DNA of 64,000 bases, from contig PDIP01000067.1 in assembly GCA_002811645.1 (NCBI GenBank), positions 116,550 to 180,549 on the forward strand. Direction: 5' to 3'. Every line of letters begins with the position of its first letter. The first letter of the stretch is position 1. Made by a program: the position numbers and the translations under genes. Below are positions 33,737-44,267 of the stretch, piece after piece. The stretch comes from Corallochytrium limacisporum Hawaii. Its lineage: Eukaryota > Protista > Pluriformea. The notes below the pieces were generated by a model, which was not told the origin of the DNA, ran no database searches, and saw nothing but the letters and a program-made list of their open reading frames with translations.

Positions 33737-36700
33737 CTATGAGGTCTCGGTGACCTGAAGCTTCTGATTGTATGTAGCCTCCCAGCCCATGATGAGACGC
33801 CGAAGTGCATGGAACTGCGCATTGGTGAGCTTGGTCGACTCCTCTTCTGCGTGCTTGATCACCTCCTCCAACTCAACAAGGACCTCCTCGTTCTTCTTTT
33901 TCTTTTTCTTGTCCTTGTCGAGCTTGGCGTGGAAGTCTTGCAGTTCCTCGACAGTTGTGGCAATGCACTCGAATCCATGATCCTCTTCGAGCGTGAACGT
34001 AAAGGATTCATTGTTGTCCTTGAAAAAGTCAACTGCAGGGTCGTGCTCCACCTTCTTCTCAACTTCATCGACTTGCATCGCCACATCATCAGCCGATGCA
34101 TTGGCGTTCTCCAGCACCCTCTCGACGTCTTCGTTACTTTTCATCTCCTGCTCGTTTTCCTCGTCTTTCTTTTCCTCATCTGCTGTTGTCAAATCTCCGT
34201 TCGCGTTAGGCTTCTGTTGCTCGTCCTCCTTCATCTCGGGCTTGTCATTATCGTCGTCGGCCTTGGCATTGTCGTCGTCAGCTTTGGCATCGTCAGCCTT
34301 GGCATTGTCGTCGGCAGCTTTGGCATTGTCAGCCTTGGCATCGTCAGCCTTGGCATCGTCAGCCTTGGCATCGTCAGCCTTGGTGTCGTCAGCATTGGTA
34401 TTGTGATCCTTGACATCGGCAGCTGTGAGATTGTCATCTTTGGCATCGTCATGGTCAGCCTTGCCGTTATCATCGTCGGAAGAGCCAGCCCCGCTGTCGG
34501 CCATCCTTTGATGCCGCGTCCGTGGCGTCTCGTCGTCTTCAGATGCGATTGTTGTTGTGCTGCCCCTAAGTCCGCCACGAAGACCGCGGCGTGTGGAGCT
34601 GCGGATGGCCTGAGAGCTGCGACCGCTTGCTTTGTGCTCGACCTTGGCAGTACGCTTGGTGCCCTTTGATGCCGCAGCTGCCGTTGAGTCACCCTTGGAG
34701 CCCCTCTTCTTCGATTTCTTCTTGGCCTCCTTCAGATCTTGCCGGTCCTTGCCGTGGGCTAGCTCGCGGTACACGCGCAAACATCCATTCTCCAGGAACT
34801 GAGGGAAATAAAAGTACGCATGACCGTCCGCATCGTTTCCAAGCTCAATGACACGCTGCGTGTCTGCGGCAACTGTCTGGATCTCATCGCGCATGGCACC
34901 ATTGCGTTCTAGTGATAGACGGCAGAGCGTGTCCAACATCAACAGCCGCGTAGATAGCGGCCACATGTAGAAAAGGAACGGCTCCCCTTCTGGCCGTGGC
35001 TTCTTGAATGGGTTCTTGCGCCCAATTTCCTCAACCGCGTCCATGATGAAGAATGCGTACTCATCGGCCAGAGCCTGCTCTTCTTCTTCGTCGTCCTCCC
35101 ATTCTGCGATGGCATCCCGGAGTTCGTACCAGCCGTTGACAGCCTGTTCAAACTTTTCCTCCCATTTGGCATGGGGGTTTCCTTTGACCCTGATCCAGGA
35201 TAGCAAACCATCCATCATCTCCCTAAACATGGGTGCAAACTCCATGTACACAAGGGACATCTCAAACTCATACATATTGAACTTTTCTTCCAGTTTCAAA
35301 CTGTGCTGTACCAGCCAGATTAAGAGACCAAGGTCAGCCACCTCCCAATATTTGCGTACATGTTGGATGCGCTTCTCATCGAGCAAGAAACTCTTGAAAT
35401 AGTCCACTTTCTGTCCCATAACCTGCCGCATATACTGCTCCCGTTGACGCGCAATGGCATGCTCCCGTCGTTCGGCTTCGACCGCCTCGCGCTCCATGAG
35501 CTGGACCAGAGACATCTGCATGGCACCACCACGGGTGCGGCGTGTGCTGCGGCCAAATATGGCCTCGTCCTCGACATCACCCATATGCTTAGCAGCAAAC
35601 GGACTTGCAACGTTCATGGCACACTTTTCTTTTAGGTACACAGGCATGAGGGCAATCTTGCGCTCCAACTGTTCTTCTATCTTCTTGGCCAGTTTGCTGA
35701 CGTCACTGTCCGGTCCGTTGTACTTGTAGCAGTTGATGAGCATCTGACGCATGTCGCTGACCATTGGAGAGATGCTGCCCTTATACTCTCCGTTGATCAT
35801 CTTGTTCTTTATGGTGTCCAGATCCATGGGCTCGTCGATGACGTCATAGTAATCATCAAGGCCCATCCCCTGAGCATCCACAGGCTCTTCAAAGGGCCAG
35901 ACATCCGGATGGGTGGCAAGGTCGCACCAGAGCGCATAACTCTTTTCCATTTCAAGGTCCGCGTTGCTCAGGTAGTCATCCCACTCTGTGGCGTCGATTT
36001 CCTTCTTTTTCTTTTTGGCCGGAGCCTTGGACTCTACGGTCTCGTCTTCCTCCTCCTCATCTACTTCATCTTCTTCGACCTCTTCAGGCTCCTGGATACG
36101 TGTCCGTGATGTTGTCCGAGGAGCAGGCCTTGATGGCTGCTTGGCAGCCTGTGCCGCAGCAGCAGCCTGTGCCTCAGCCTCTTTTTTACGCTTTGCTTCT
36201 TCCGCAGCAAGCTGTCGTGCCGTCTTTGCGTAGGTTTGGCCCGGGTTTTGGAAGCGCGCCTTCAATTTCTGTTCTTCTTTCCGGCGTTTGGCCTCGCGTT
36301 CCTTAGCCTTGGCTGCCCGCTTCTTAGCGGCCTGCTTCTTTCTATCAGCCTTGGTAACGAAGTCATCATCATCATCTGGTTCAGGTTCGTCGTAGGACTC
36401 TTCCTCTTCTTCTTGATCCTCATCTTCCTCGTCTGCATCTTCTTGGTCCTCCTCATCTTCATCCTGCTGCCCATCAGTATCTTCACCAGATCTTGACTTG
36501 ACTCCGTTCAATTGTGGCTCGTCACCTTCACCCGGGGCGTTGTACAGAGTCTCATCTCGATGCGGCTGAGAGTAAGATATGGGCTTTGGCGAATCGCTCT
36601 CACCAAAGTCTGGCATGTCAACCGTGACCGCAGGCAGCACCTTAAGGTTCTCTTCCTTTGGCGCCGCAGTTGCTGCTGCTACTGCGGCCTCCGCCGCTGC

Positions 36701-37501
36701 CGTGGTCGACGGCTCTGGTGCCGTCGCAGCTGCAACAGCCGCCGCTGCTGCTGCCGCAGTCGTTGATGGTTCTGGGGCAGTCACCGCTGCTACAGCCGCG
36801 GCAGCAGCCGCTGCTGCCGCATTAGCTGCCTCTGCCTCAGTGTTATGCACCGATTCAGTTGTCGGCTTTGTCGTTGACTCCTTTGTAGTCGCAGTGACCA
36901 TCTGCGGCAGATGCTGTGGCTGAGACGGTTGCTTCGGCTGCTGAGTCCTTGACGGCGACACAGGTTGCTGAACTCGTGATGGTTGTTGGAATGTTGATGA
37001 TTGCTGCTGCGGGGTTCCTTGTGGTGGTGCTGAATATGGTGGTGGAACAACAGCGGAAGCATCCAGCTGTGGTGCTGGCTGCTGTTGCAGTGCCTGCTGC
37101 TGTTGCGGTGCCTGCTGCTGCTGCGGTGCTGGTTGCTGTTGCGATGAGGGTTGCTGTTGCCGCGATTGCTGAACATACTGACCAATCCCATAGCTGGCCT
37201 GGCTATAGTCGTAGCCGAAACCGGTTTGTGCTTGTGCTTGATTAATGTATCCTGGTTGCTGTTGTTGTGTTCCTGCCTGTTGCTGATTGAAACCCTGGTA
37301 GGTACCCATTTGGGGGAACCCTCCGTACCCGGTGTTCTGCTGCGGAATCTGTTGACCAGGAAATCCCCCCTGTTGTTGCTGTTGAGGATAATTACCGTAG
37401 TATCCCATGTTTTGTGGATCGCTACCGAGACCACCCATTGGGTTGTATCCTTGACCTTGGTTCCTATCACCTTGATTTCCGTTGTAAGGATATCCAGACA
37501 T
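33737..37501 (-). CDS. Bromodomain protein, BRD10/KIAA2026-like, with Gln-rich N-terminus
   Basis: Bromodomain (WPFEEPVD...DYYDVIDEPMDL...NCYKYNG), then WEVADLG...LGNDADGHAYFYFPQF...RVY, which resembles the conserved block of KIAA2026. Confidence 0.8.
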   Translation of the reverse strand: MSGYPYNGNQGDRNQGQGYNPMGGLGSDPQNMGYYGNYPQQQQQGGFPGQQIPQQNTGYGGFPQMGTYQGFNQQQAGTQQQQPGYINQAQAQTGFGYDYSQASYGIGQYVQQSRQQQPSSQQQPAPQQQQAPQQQQALQQQPAPQLDASAVVPPPYSAPPQGTPQQQSSTFQQPSRVQQPVSPSRTQQPKQPSQPQHLPQMVTATTKESTTKPTTESVHNTEAEAANAAAAAAAAAVAAVTAPEPSTTAAAAAAAVAAATAPEPSTTAAAEAAVAAATAAPKEENLKVLPAVTVDMPDFGESDSPKPISYSQPHRDETLYNAPGEGDEPQLNGVKSRSGEDTDGQQDEDEEDQEDADEEDEDQEEEEESYDEPEPDDDDDFVTKADRKKQAAKKRAAKAKEREAKRRKEEQKLKARFQNPGQTYAKTARQLAAEEAKRKKEAEAQAAAAAQAAKQPSRPAPRTTSRTRIQEPEEVEEDEVDEEEEDETVESKAPAKKKKKEIDATEWDDYLSNADLEMEKSYALWCDLATHPDVWPFEEPVDAQGMGLDDYYDVIDEPMDLDTIKNKMINGEYKGSISPMVSDMRQMLINCYKYNGPDSDVSKLAKKIEEQLERKIALMPVYLKEKCAMNVASPFAAKHMGDVEDEAIFGRSTRRTRGGAMQMSLVQLMEREAVEAERREHAIARQREQYMRQVMGQKVDYFKSFLLDEKRIQHVRKYWEVADLGLLIWLVQHSLKLEEKFNMYEFEMSLVYMEFAPMFREMMDGLLSWIRVKGNPHAKWEEKFEQAVNGWYELRDAIAEWEDDEEEEQALADEYAFFIMDAVEEIGRKNPFKKPRPEGEPFLFYMWPLSTRLLMLDTLCRLSLERNGAMRDEIQTVAADTQRVIELGNDADGHAYFYFPQFLENGCLRVYRELAHGKDRQDLKEAKKKSKKRGSKGDSTAAAASKGTKRTAKVEHKASGRSSQAIRSSTRRGLRGGLRGSTTTIASEDDETPRTRHQRMADSGAGSSDDDNGKADHDDAKDDNLTAADVKDHNTNADDTKADDAKADDAKADDAKADNAKAADDNAKADDAKADDDNAKADDDNDKPEMKEDEQQKPNANGDLTTADEEKKDEENEQEMKSNEDVERVLENANASADDVAMQVDEVEKKVEHDPAVDFFKDNNESFTFTLEEDHGFECIATTVEELQDFHAKLDKDKKKKKKNEEVLVELEEVIKHAEEESTKLTNAQFHALRRLIMGWEATYNQKLQVTETS
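34250..34395 (-). repeat. Coding 15-bp tandem repeat (DDAKA/DNAKA)
   Basis: Repeated gccttggcatcgtca units on the + strand inside the bromodomain gene. Confidence 0.9.
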
Positions 37502-38729
37502 GGTGGTCGAGGCTTGAGAACAATCTAAAATCTGACTCTTGGTTGTTTTTGTTACGTTTGCATCATGTCATTGTTCATACATCACTATGTGGTCCAAAAT
37601 ATACACTTTTCTTCCCTTTTCTTCGAACTAACTTCTATTCTTTCTAAAAAAAACAATCCAAATGTTCACTGCGCGTTATGCAACCTTCGTATTTTCGTTG
37701 GCTCTCAAATAGTAGCAATGCGCTTCAGCGATATACAGCTCAACTTCTTTCCCTCAAGCCGAAACAATAATTTCAATTAACCTCTTTACACTACGTTGTA
37801 AAACAGACTATGGTTTGTTGCCAAACCATTGTGCTTTTAAGTGAGACGCGATCTTCAGACTTATTCGGGGTTCAATTGTGTCAAGCGGCAGGCGCTCTGC
37901 TTGCCCGTGCCCATGTTTTTTCAACTTTCTTCCTCCGGCTCTCGTCGCCGCATCAGCACCGCAGCTCACACACTCATACACGCGCTTTTGCGTCTGGTCA
38001 AGCTTTTCTCAAAGGACACAGTAAACTCTCAGCACCAGTTTGTAAGCACTTCTGCTGCCGCTGGTTCAGAATGAAGCCAACAATCCCCGTCACCACTAAC
38101 TCTATCTCTCAGTCACAACGGAGGTGGATCACCGGGCAGCGCATCCAACTGAGTACGTAGGACCGAAGCGGAGAGGCACCCCATATGCCATACGCCCCCC
38201 CCCCCTTTCCTTCCCCCCTTCCCACTTTGCCGCTCCTTCTTCCAGCCTTGTGGGTTATTCGGACCGCGAGAGGCTCCCTCAGTAAACCCCGTTCCGGGTG
38301 TCCCTTCCCTGCCGCCATTGCGCTCGCGCCCAAAATGCTGTCGGTGAAAACGGTTGCGTGCTGTACATTCAGTACTGGGATGATACTCTCTCCCCGGCAT
38401 GTTTTCCATGGCATCTGTCGCCTCCACCCCAGCTTCTCAGTACATTGAGTACGCGGCGTACCAACGTCACAGATGGGGAGGGGGGGAGTTCGGCACATTG
38501 CTTCACCAAGGTTTCCAGAATCTAATACATTCACTATGAAAGAACGGGGCGGATTTTGGAATTCCATACATTCTCTAAGGGAGTCGGAAGAGAAGGACAC
38601 TCATCGAGGACCCATGGCCTTGGACGCGAGTCATCTGACACTGATCGCAAGAAGCAAATGGAGACCACATCGCAATTGACCTATGTTTATCATTCTTGAG
38701 TTATTTACTATGGTTGAAACTCCCTCTTT

Positions 38730-39881
38730 TCATCCTAATGATTCCAACACCTGCTTCCGTAGATCTTGTTGGCGGAATATTCGTGCTGCCAGCAGCACGA
38801 TCATTACATTCATACGCACAAATGTGGCTAGCGAGCCGTGGGCATCACTTTGCAAACAGTCCCAAATCGATGAATGGACAACAGTCACTGCCATAAGAGC
38901 AAGTTCATGACAGAACTGCGCGATAGTTCGGATAAGGGCGGTCCGTTCGGCGCTCAATGGTTCCTGCTGTGCCATTAGCGCAGTATACAGCACATGGCCG
39001 TAGAACCGTTGGAAATGCGAAGCCTTTGGATCATCGTCTCGCTTGGTCACTGCCTCCAGCAGCAAATCCGAGCCCATTCCCTTGACCAAGGACAGGATCA
39101 TCTCCCCAACCATCAGCATGTCCCGAACAGTTCCATCGGTCAATGCGGCCGTGTAGTGCACACATTCCGCCACTGGTGCACATTGGTTTACCACCAAGGA
39201 GAGTGCGTGCATCGTGACTTCTGGTGAGGAGCGTCCCAATTCGGACCCGTCCATAACATCCGTAGCTTCCTGCACAACATTCAGCGCACCGCTGTCCCTC
39301 AAGTCACACCAACCGAGAGTGGCCTCCAGCTCGACCTGAACAGCGGGATCGGCGTAGTCCGCGCGCAGACAGGCACCTTCGTCCCTTGGAACAGGCGTTG
39401 AGTGTCTGAAGCAATGACGATGGGTGTCGAGAAGAGCCCTCATTGCCTGGGCTCCAGAGACGACGATATCCTCCCAAGGCGTGATGAGTGTGTCCGCGTC
39501 CTCCACTGTCATAGTCCTCTGCTGCGATAACAGTGACCGTTGTTTTTGCACTGATGTCCGTTTCGGGGATGTCTGCTGATAGTCACTGGCTGGAGTGACG
39601 AACGTCACCGGAGTCATGTTGTTGTCATTCTCTGTCGTGTCCGTTGTGGCCGTCTGAGAATCCTCCAGTGCGAGCTGTTCGGCCTCCCGTCGAACAGCTG
39701 CCAGGTACATCTGCGGTGTCAGTCTTCGCGATTTGTTCGCTAGCAGGTAGCTCAACTGGTCCTCCAATTCCTCAAGCTCTTGCGTGATGTTCGCGACTGG
39801 GAACACCTGTGGCGGGCCAGTCGCCTCCTCTTCGTCATTTTCGTCGCTGTCACGACTTGGTCTGAACCCGTTCCTCATCAC
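38730..39881 (-). CDS. GEMIN2: Gemin2 (SMN complex), divergent
   Basis: TPQMYLAAVRREAEQL resembles the Gemin2 motif TPQEYLRRVQIEA. The C-terminal LYTALMAQQEPL...LIRTIAQFC...NVMIVLLAARIFRQQDL resembles the Gemin2 end WLYALL..LEKPL...LIRQLARRC...YFDQRDL. Confidence 0.75.
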   Translation of the reverse strand: MMRNGFRPSRDSDENDEEEATGPPQVFPVANITQELEELEDQLSYLLANKSRRLTPQMYLAAVRREAEQLALEDSQTATTDTTENDNNMTPVTFVTPASDYQQTSPKRTSVQKQRSLLSQQRTMTVEDADTLITPWEDIVVSGAQAMRALLDTHRHCFRHSTPVPRDEGACLRADYADPAVQVELEATLGWCDLRDSGALNVVQEATDVMDGSELGRSSPEVTMHALSLVVNQCAPVAECVHYTAALTDGTVRDMLMVGEMILSLVKGMGSDLLLEAVTKRDDDPKASHFQRFYGHVLYTALMAQQEPLSAERTALIRTIAQFCHELALMAVTVVHSSIWDCLQSDAHGSLATFVRMNVMIVLLAARIFRQQDLRKQVLESLG

Positions 39882-42409
39882 TGCCCATGCTTTCGATCAC
39901 GGTGCTATTTCCTTTATTGAAAATCCTCGTTCATAGTAGATTCGTGCAAGATCAAAAAGAGGAGCAGAGACATGTACCTTCTGTACCACCGAAGCGGGTT
40001 CAAGCTTCGACGACCGCGGGCGAGATTGAGCTTCTCGGCGCACTCCACCGCGCCAAACCTCCGGGTAAAAGTACTGGGAGTCTATTTATTTAAGAAGACT
40101 GCGCAGGTAAGGAGGGAAGTGTACACTGCGTGCGTGTGGTTCTGGCCCCAGTTGTCGGAACCTTCCTTCGAGACCAGTCCATGATCAATCGAAATGTTTA
40201 GGGGTTATCAGAGGTCGAAGCATGCTCATGCTCGTAAGTGTATCTCGTAGAATGCTGCTGGTTCGCCGGAACGCAATCGGGGGAATGTGCGAGGGTAAAA
40301 TACAAAAGGTCGGTATGTCAAATTGGCAAGGGAAGACCCAGGGCCCCAAGTCCCACTCCGCCCAAGCCGCACAACAACTCCCGCCCCTCCGGGTTCACCC
40401 TTAAGTGTGTACACCGGCAGAAGAAAACAAGAAGAAAATTTGACGCACATACCAGCCTCTCACCAGAAAACCCCCCTCCCCCACCCGTCCCCTCCCTCTC
40501 ACCCACGCCCCAACTTCCCTTCCTCCGTTCTTTGGCCGACCCACCTAAGTAAAAATGATGTTATCTTGCTTGCACAGCGGGCGGCACTACGAAAGGGACG
40601 AAACTAAAAGAGGGTTTGCAACTGAAGTGGGCCTGAAGGAGCGCTAGATCAGATGCCCGCCACCTCCATCTCTGAGCTGACTGTTGTTGTGCAGTCCAAT
40701 GTCAGCCTATATTGCGTGTGTTTTGCTCGATGAATCCGTGCTCGTTTATGAATCTAGCACATGTGTGTTAACATATGGGATACGATCCAACGAAGCGCAA
40801 TAAATGCTGATGCTACAACGCTGATGTCAGCATGTAGTTGATAATACTTGGCACAAATGTCTTCCACCAATATGCGTATTCCGACATGTATTGAACATGC
40901 CAAGAATTACGCATTAACAGCCGGACAGCCCGAGACATGATGCTTTCAAAGTTTTTGTTGCACTCGTTGCGTTTGCAATCGTATTCGCTGAGACAAAGCG
41001 CGGGTGCAGGACCGAAAAGCGCTCATTGGGGGCTCTGCTATGAATAGCACTCCCTCTCTCCCCTCCCACTCATTCCCCGGTCTCCTGATCTCAGGCACAA
41101 TAGGTCGAAGACAGAGAACACCGACCGGCCACGAAGGGAATGGGAAACTTGTTAAAAAATTGAAAGGCAAAACAAAACGAAACGTACGAGGGAGGAAAAA
41201 AAAATCAGGCAAAAAACCTCAGCGGGCCGCACGGTATGGGGATCCGACAGTACGCAGGAACACTTGGCGGAGTAGGAGTACCAATAGGACATACCAGTCG
41301 TATATATCTTCCTTTTAGCGGGTAAGAAGTCAAGAGCAGTCAGCCCTCCCGCTGGAATGGGCCCAGCGTGGCCGCCGATGGACACGAAGTTTATGGTCCC
41401 CCATCATTCATCCTGCAAATCATTCATCATCCTACCATGTCAGACGAACTCAATGCTCAGGGAATTTTGGAACTAAATGATTCATCTGCAGCGGATGATG
41501 ACTACTGCATGGCCGATGACCAGGACCCGTCTGTAATTCCGGCCGATAGTGGTTAAACGAGTGCAAAGCGACTAACAGGTGTGTCGTTCTCTAGTCATCA
41601 TCCACATTGTATACAAAGCACTAGACACTCCACACAACAAAACATGCGGTCCGGCCTCCCAACTCTAAACCGAACTCGGAAAGTTTTGACGCAAAGGGCA
41701 AGTAATCCCAATGGGATGTTTGTGCTCACACTCGCGATGCAGTAATCGTAATGTTGATAGCGAGATGGAGTTTTCTGTGCCCTGACTTCAGGCACACGCC
41801 TGTGCATTGCGTGCTCAAGGAAGGGGGTGTGGGTCCTGGATCTCCAGCGGACTATCATTGGAGTTTGAGAACGGATGGCACTGGGCCTAGGGACGGCGAC
41901 GCGAGAAACCATTAGGTGGTGGATGTGTGCATGAAACTGTGTGCCGCTTCCGATATTTTTTTTAAAGCCTTTCCTGTATCTCGTCTCCCCCTACGCTGTT
42001 CCTATCGCGGCCTGCAATCTTCTTTGAGGTCGGGGGCACGAATTGCCAGGGGGTGGAGGCTCCTAATGGCAAGTTTTTTCTTTTTAGGTCTGCAGTGGGG
42101 GGTTGGTTGGTTGGTTGGTTGGTAAATTTTCCTCCATTGCGCTGATACTCCGCCCTTGCGTTGTGAGGCTATCGTCTCTACTGTGTAAGTACGTAGAGGG
42201 TCAGTGTGCGCGACGTACGGAGGGTCTCCTGTGGTTCCCGGTCTCCGTATTCGCCTCGCGTCCTGGTCTCAGTCTCCTTTTCGACTTTCGCAGCGAAGAG
42301 GTAGATCAGATCAAGCATGCAGATGTGATGTTCAAACCAATGTACCAGAATGTAACCCACATACACACACAATACAGAAAACCAAAAAACGAAAACACGC
42401 CTTTCAACC

Positions 42410-43978
42410 ATGAGCGACGTTGAAAGGACCAACTCCATCGAGGACGAGTACAACAAGCTCGAAACTGAGCTGGGGCGTGCCTGTCTGTCCATCGTCGTCC
42501 TGGGAGCGAGTGGTGACTTGGCGAAGAAAAAGATTTTCCCTACTCTTTGGCAGCTGTACCACCGCAAGCTGATCCCTCCGGAGACGAACATCGTGGGCTA
42601 CGCTAGATCCAAGCTAACGGCAGCTGACGTTGCCAACAAGTTCCAGCCATATCTGAAGGATGTTCAGGGCAATGAGAGTGCACTTGAGGACTTCAAGGGA
42701 CAAATTAGCTATGTCCCCGGATCCTACGACAAGGCCGAAGACTTCATTCACCTTCACAAGCATCTTTGTGAGCTGGAGGGTCTCGGCCAGTGCAACGAAA
42801 AAGGCAACCGGATCTACTATCTCGCCCTGCCCCCGAGCGTCTACAAGAGCGTGGGCCAGGGTATCCGGGAGAACTGTTGGAAGGAAGCCTGTGATTTGAC
42901 TGGTGTTGGCTGGTGCCGTCTCATCATCGAGAAACCCTTCGGAAAGGACCTGGAGTCCTACAGGGAACTGAGTGAGCACTTTGCCAACTTCTATGAGGAG
43001 AAAGACATCTACCGCATCGATCACTATCTCGGCAAGGACATGGTCCAAAACCTGCTGGTGGCTCGATTCGCGAATCGTGTATTTGCACCTTGCTGGGATG
43101 CAAACTCAATCGACAATGTCCAGGTTACCTTCAAGGAGCCCTTCGGCACCCAGGGACGGGGTGGCTACTTTGATGAATTTGGCATCATCCGTGACATTAT
43201 GCAGAACCATTTACTTCAAGTTCTGTGCTTGTCTGCCATGGAAAAACCCGTTAGTTTTGACGCAGACGATGTGCGGGACGAGAAAGTAAAAGTCCTCAAG
43301 GCTGTCGAACCGATTGACCCGCAGAATGTCGTCGTGGGACAGTACACCGCGGATCCAGATGGAAATACGGAAGATGCACGTACTGGCTACACAGACGATC
43401 CTACAGTACCAGACAATTCCAATACGCCGACCTTTGCAAGCGCAGTTATGTTTATTAATAATGAACGCTGGGACGGGGTACCGTTCATTATCAAGTGCGG
43501 AAAGGCACTAAATGAACGCAAGGCTGAGGTTCGGGTGCAGTTCAAGAAGCCTGCTGGCAACATTTTCCCTGAGGCGGTGCGGAATGAGCTTGTGTTCCGT
43601 GTGCAACCAAAGGAGGCAGTCTACCTGAAAGCCATGGTGAAGAAGCCGACAATGGAGTTCGACGTGACTCAGTCGGAGCTGGATTTAACCTTCAGCGACA
43701 GGTACCGCGATGCCCGCCTACCGGACGCCTACGAGCGTCTAATTCTCGACGTCCTACGCGGATCGCAGATTAATTTTGTCCGCAGTGATGAGCTCGAGGA
43801 AGCCTGGAAGATCTTTACACCTTTGCTCCGGGCCCTGGAACACGTCAAACCGGTCAAGTATCAGTACGGATCCCGCGGGCCTGAGGAAGCCGATCATATG
43901 GCCTACCGTCACGGTTTCGTGTTTGACCCACACTACAAGGAAAAATACGAAAGTCGCGATGACGTGAAGACAGGGTGA
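42410..43978 (+). CDS. G6PD: Glucose-6-phosphate 1-dehydrogenase
   Basis: GASGDLAKKK, EKPFG, RIDHYLGK, GRGGYFD and DIMQNH. Confidence 0.98.
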   Translation: MSDVERTNSIEDEYNKLETELGRACLSIVVLGASGDLAKKKIFPTLWQLYHRKLIPPETNIVGYARSKLTAADVANKFQPYLKDVQGNESALEDFKGQISYVPGSYDKAEDFIHLHKHLCELEGLGQCNEKGNRIYYLALPPSVYKSVGQGIRENCWKEACDLTGVGWCRLIIEKPFGKDLESYRELSEHFANFYEEKDIYRIDHYLGKDMVQNLLVARFANRVFAPCWDANSIDNVQVTFKEPFGTQGRGGYFDEFGIIRDIMQNHLLQVLCLSAMEKPVSFDADDVRDEKVKVLKAVEPIDPQNVVVGQYTADPDGNTEDARTGYTDDPTVPDNSNTPTFASAVMFINNERWDGVPFIIKCGKALNERKAEVRVQFKKPAGNIFPEAVRNELVFRVQPKEAVYLKAMVKKPTMEFDVTQSELDLTFSDRYRDARLPDAYERLILDVLRGSQINFVRSDELEEAWKIFTPLLRALEHVKPVKYQYGSRGPEEADHMAYRHGFVFDPHYKEKYESRDDVKTG

Positions 43979-44267
43979 GACAGAAACGAGTTTGTCGAAA
44001 GACCTTGGCGTGAACATCGATAGCATTCGCGGGATCATGTTCACAAGTGGACTCACAGTTGCATCTGAAAGAGAAAAGTTCAAAGACGTATAAGAGTCAT
44101 ACACAAGCCCGGAATGTTCCACACCAATGTTGTTCCAGCAACTACAGCTTACAGCTGCTTTCAAATCAAAACTTAAAAAAAAATAAAGCAAAAACCAATC
44201 TCATTTTCCTCACGCGCACGTCGCGCATAAGAATTGTGCTGTACTCACACTTATTGTATTGTCAGAC

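Noticed and set aside
41437-41556. Small acidic ORF MSDELNAQG...
   Set aside because: 39 codons with no recognisable family; it cannot be supported without expression data.
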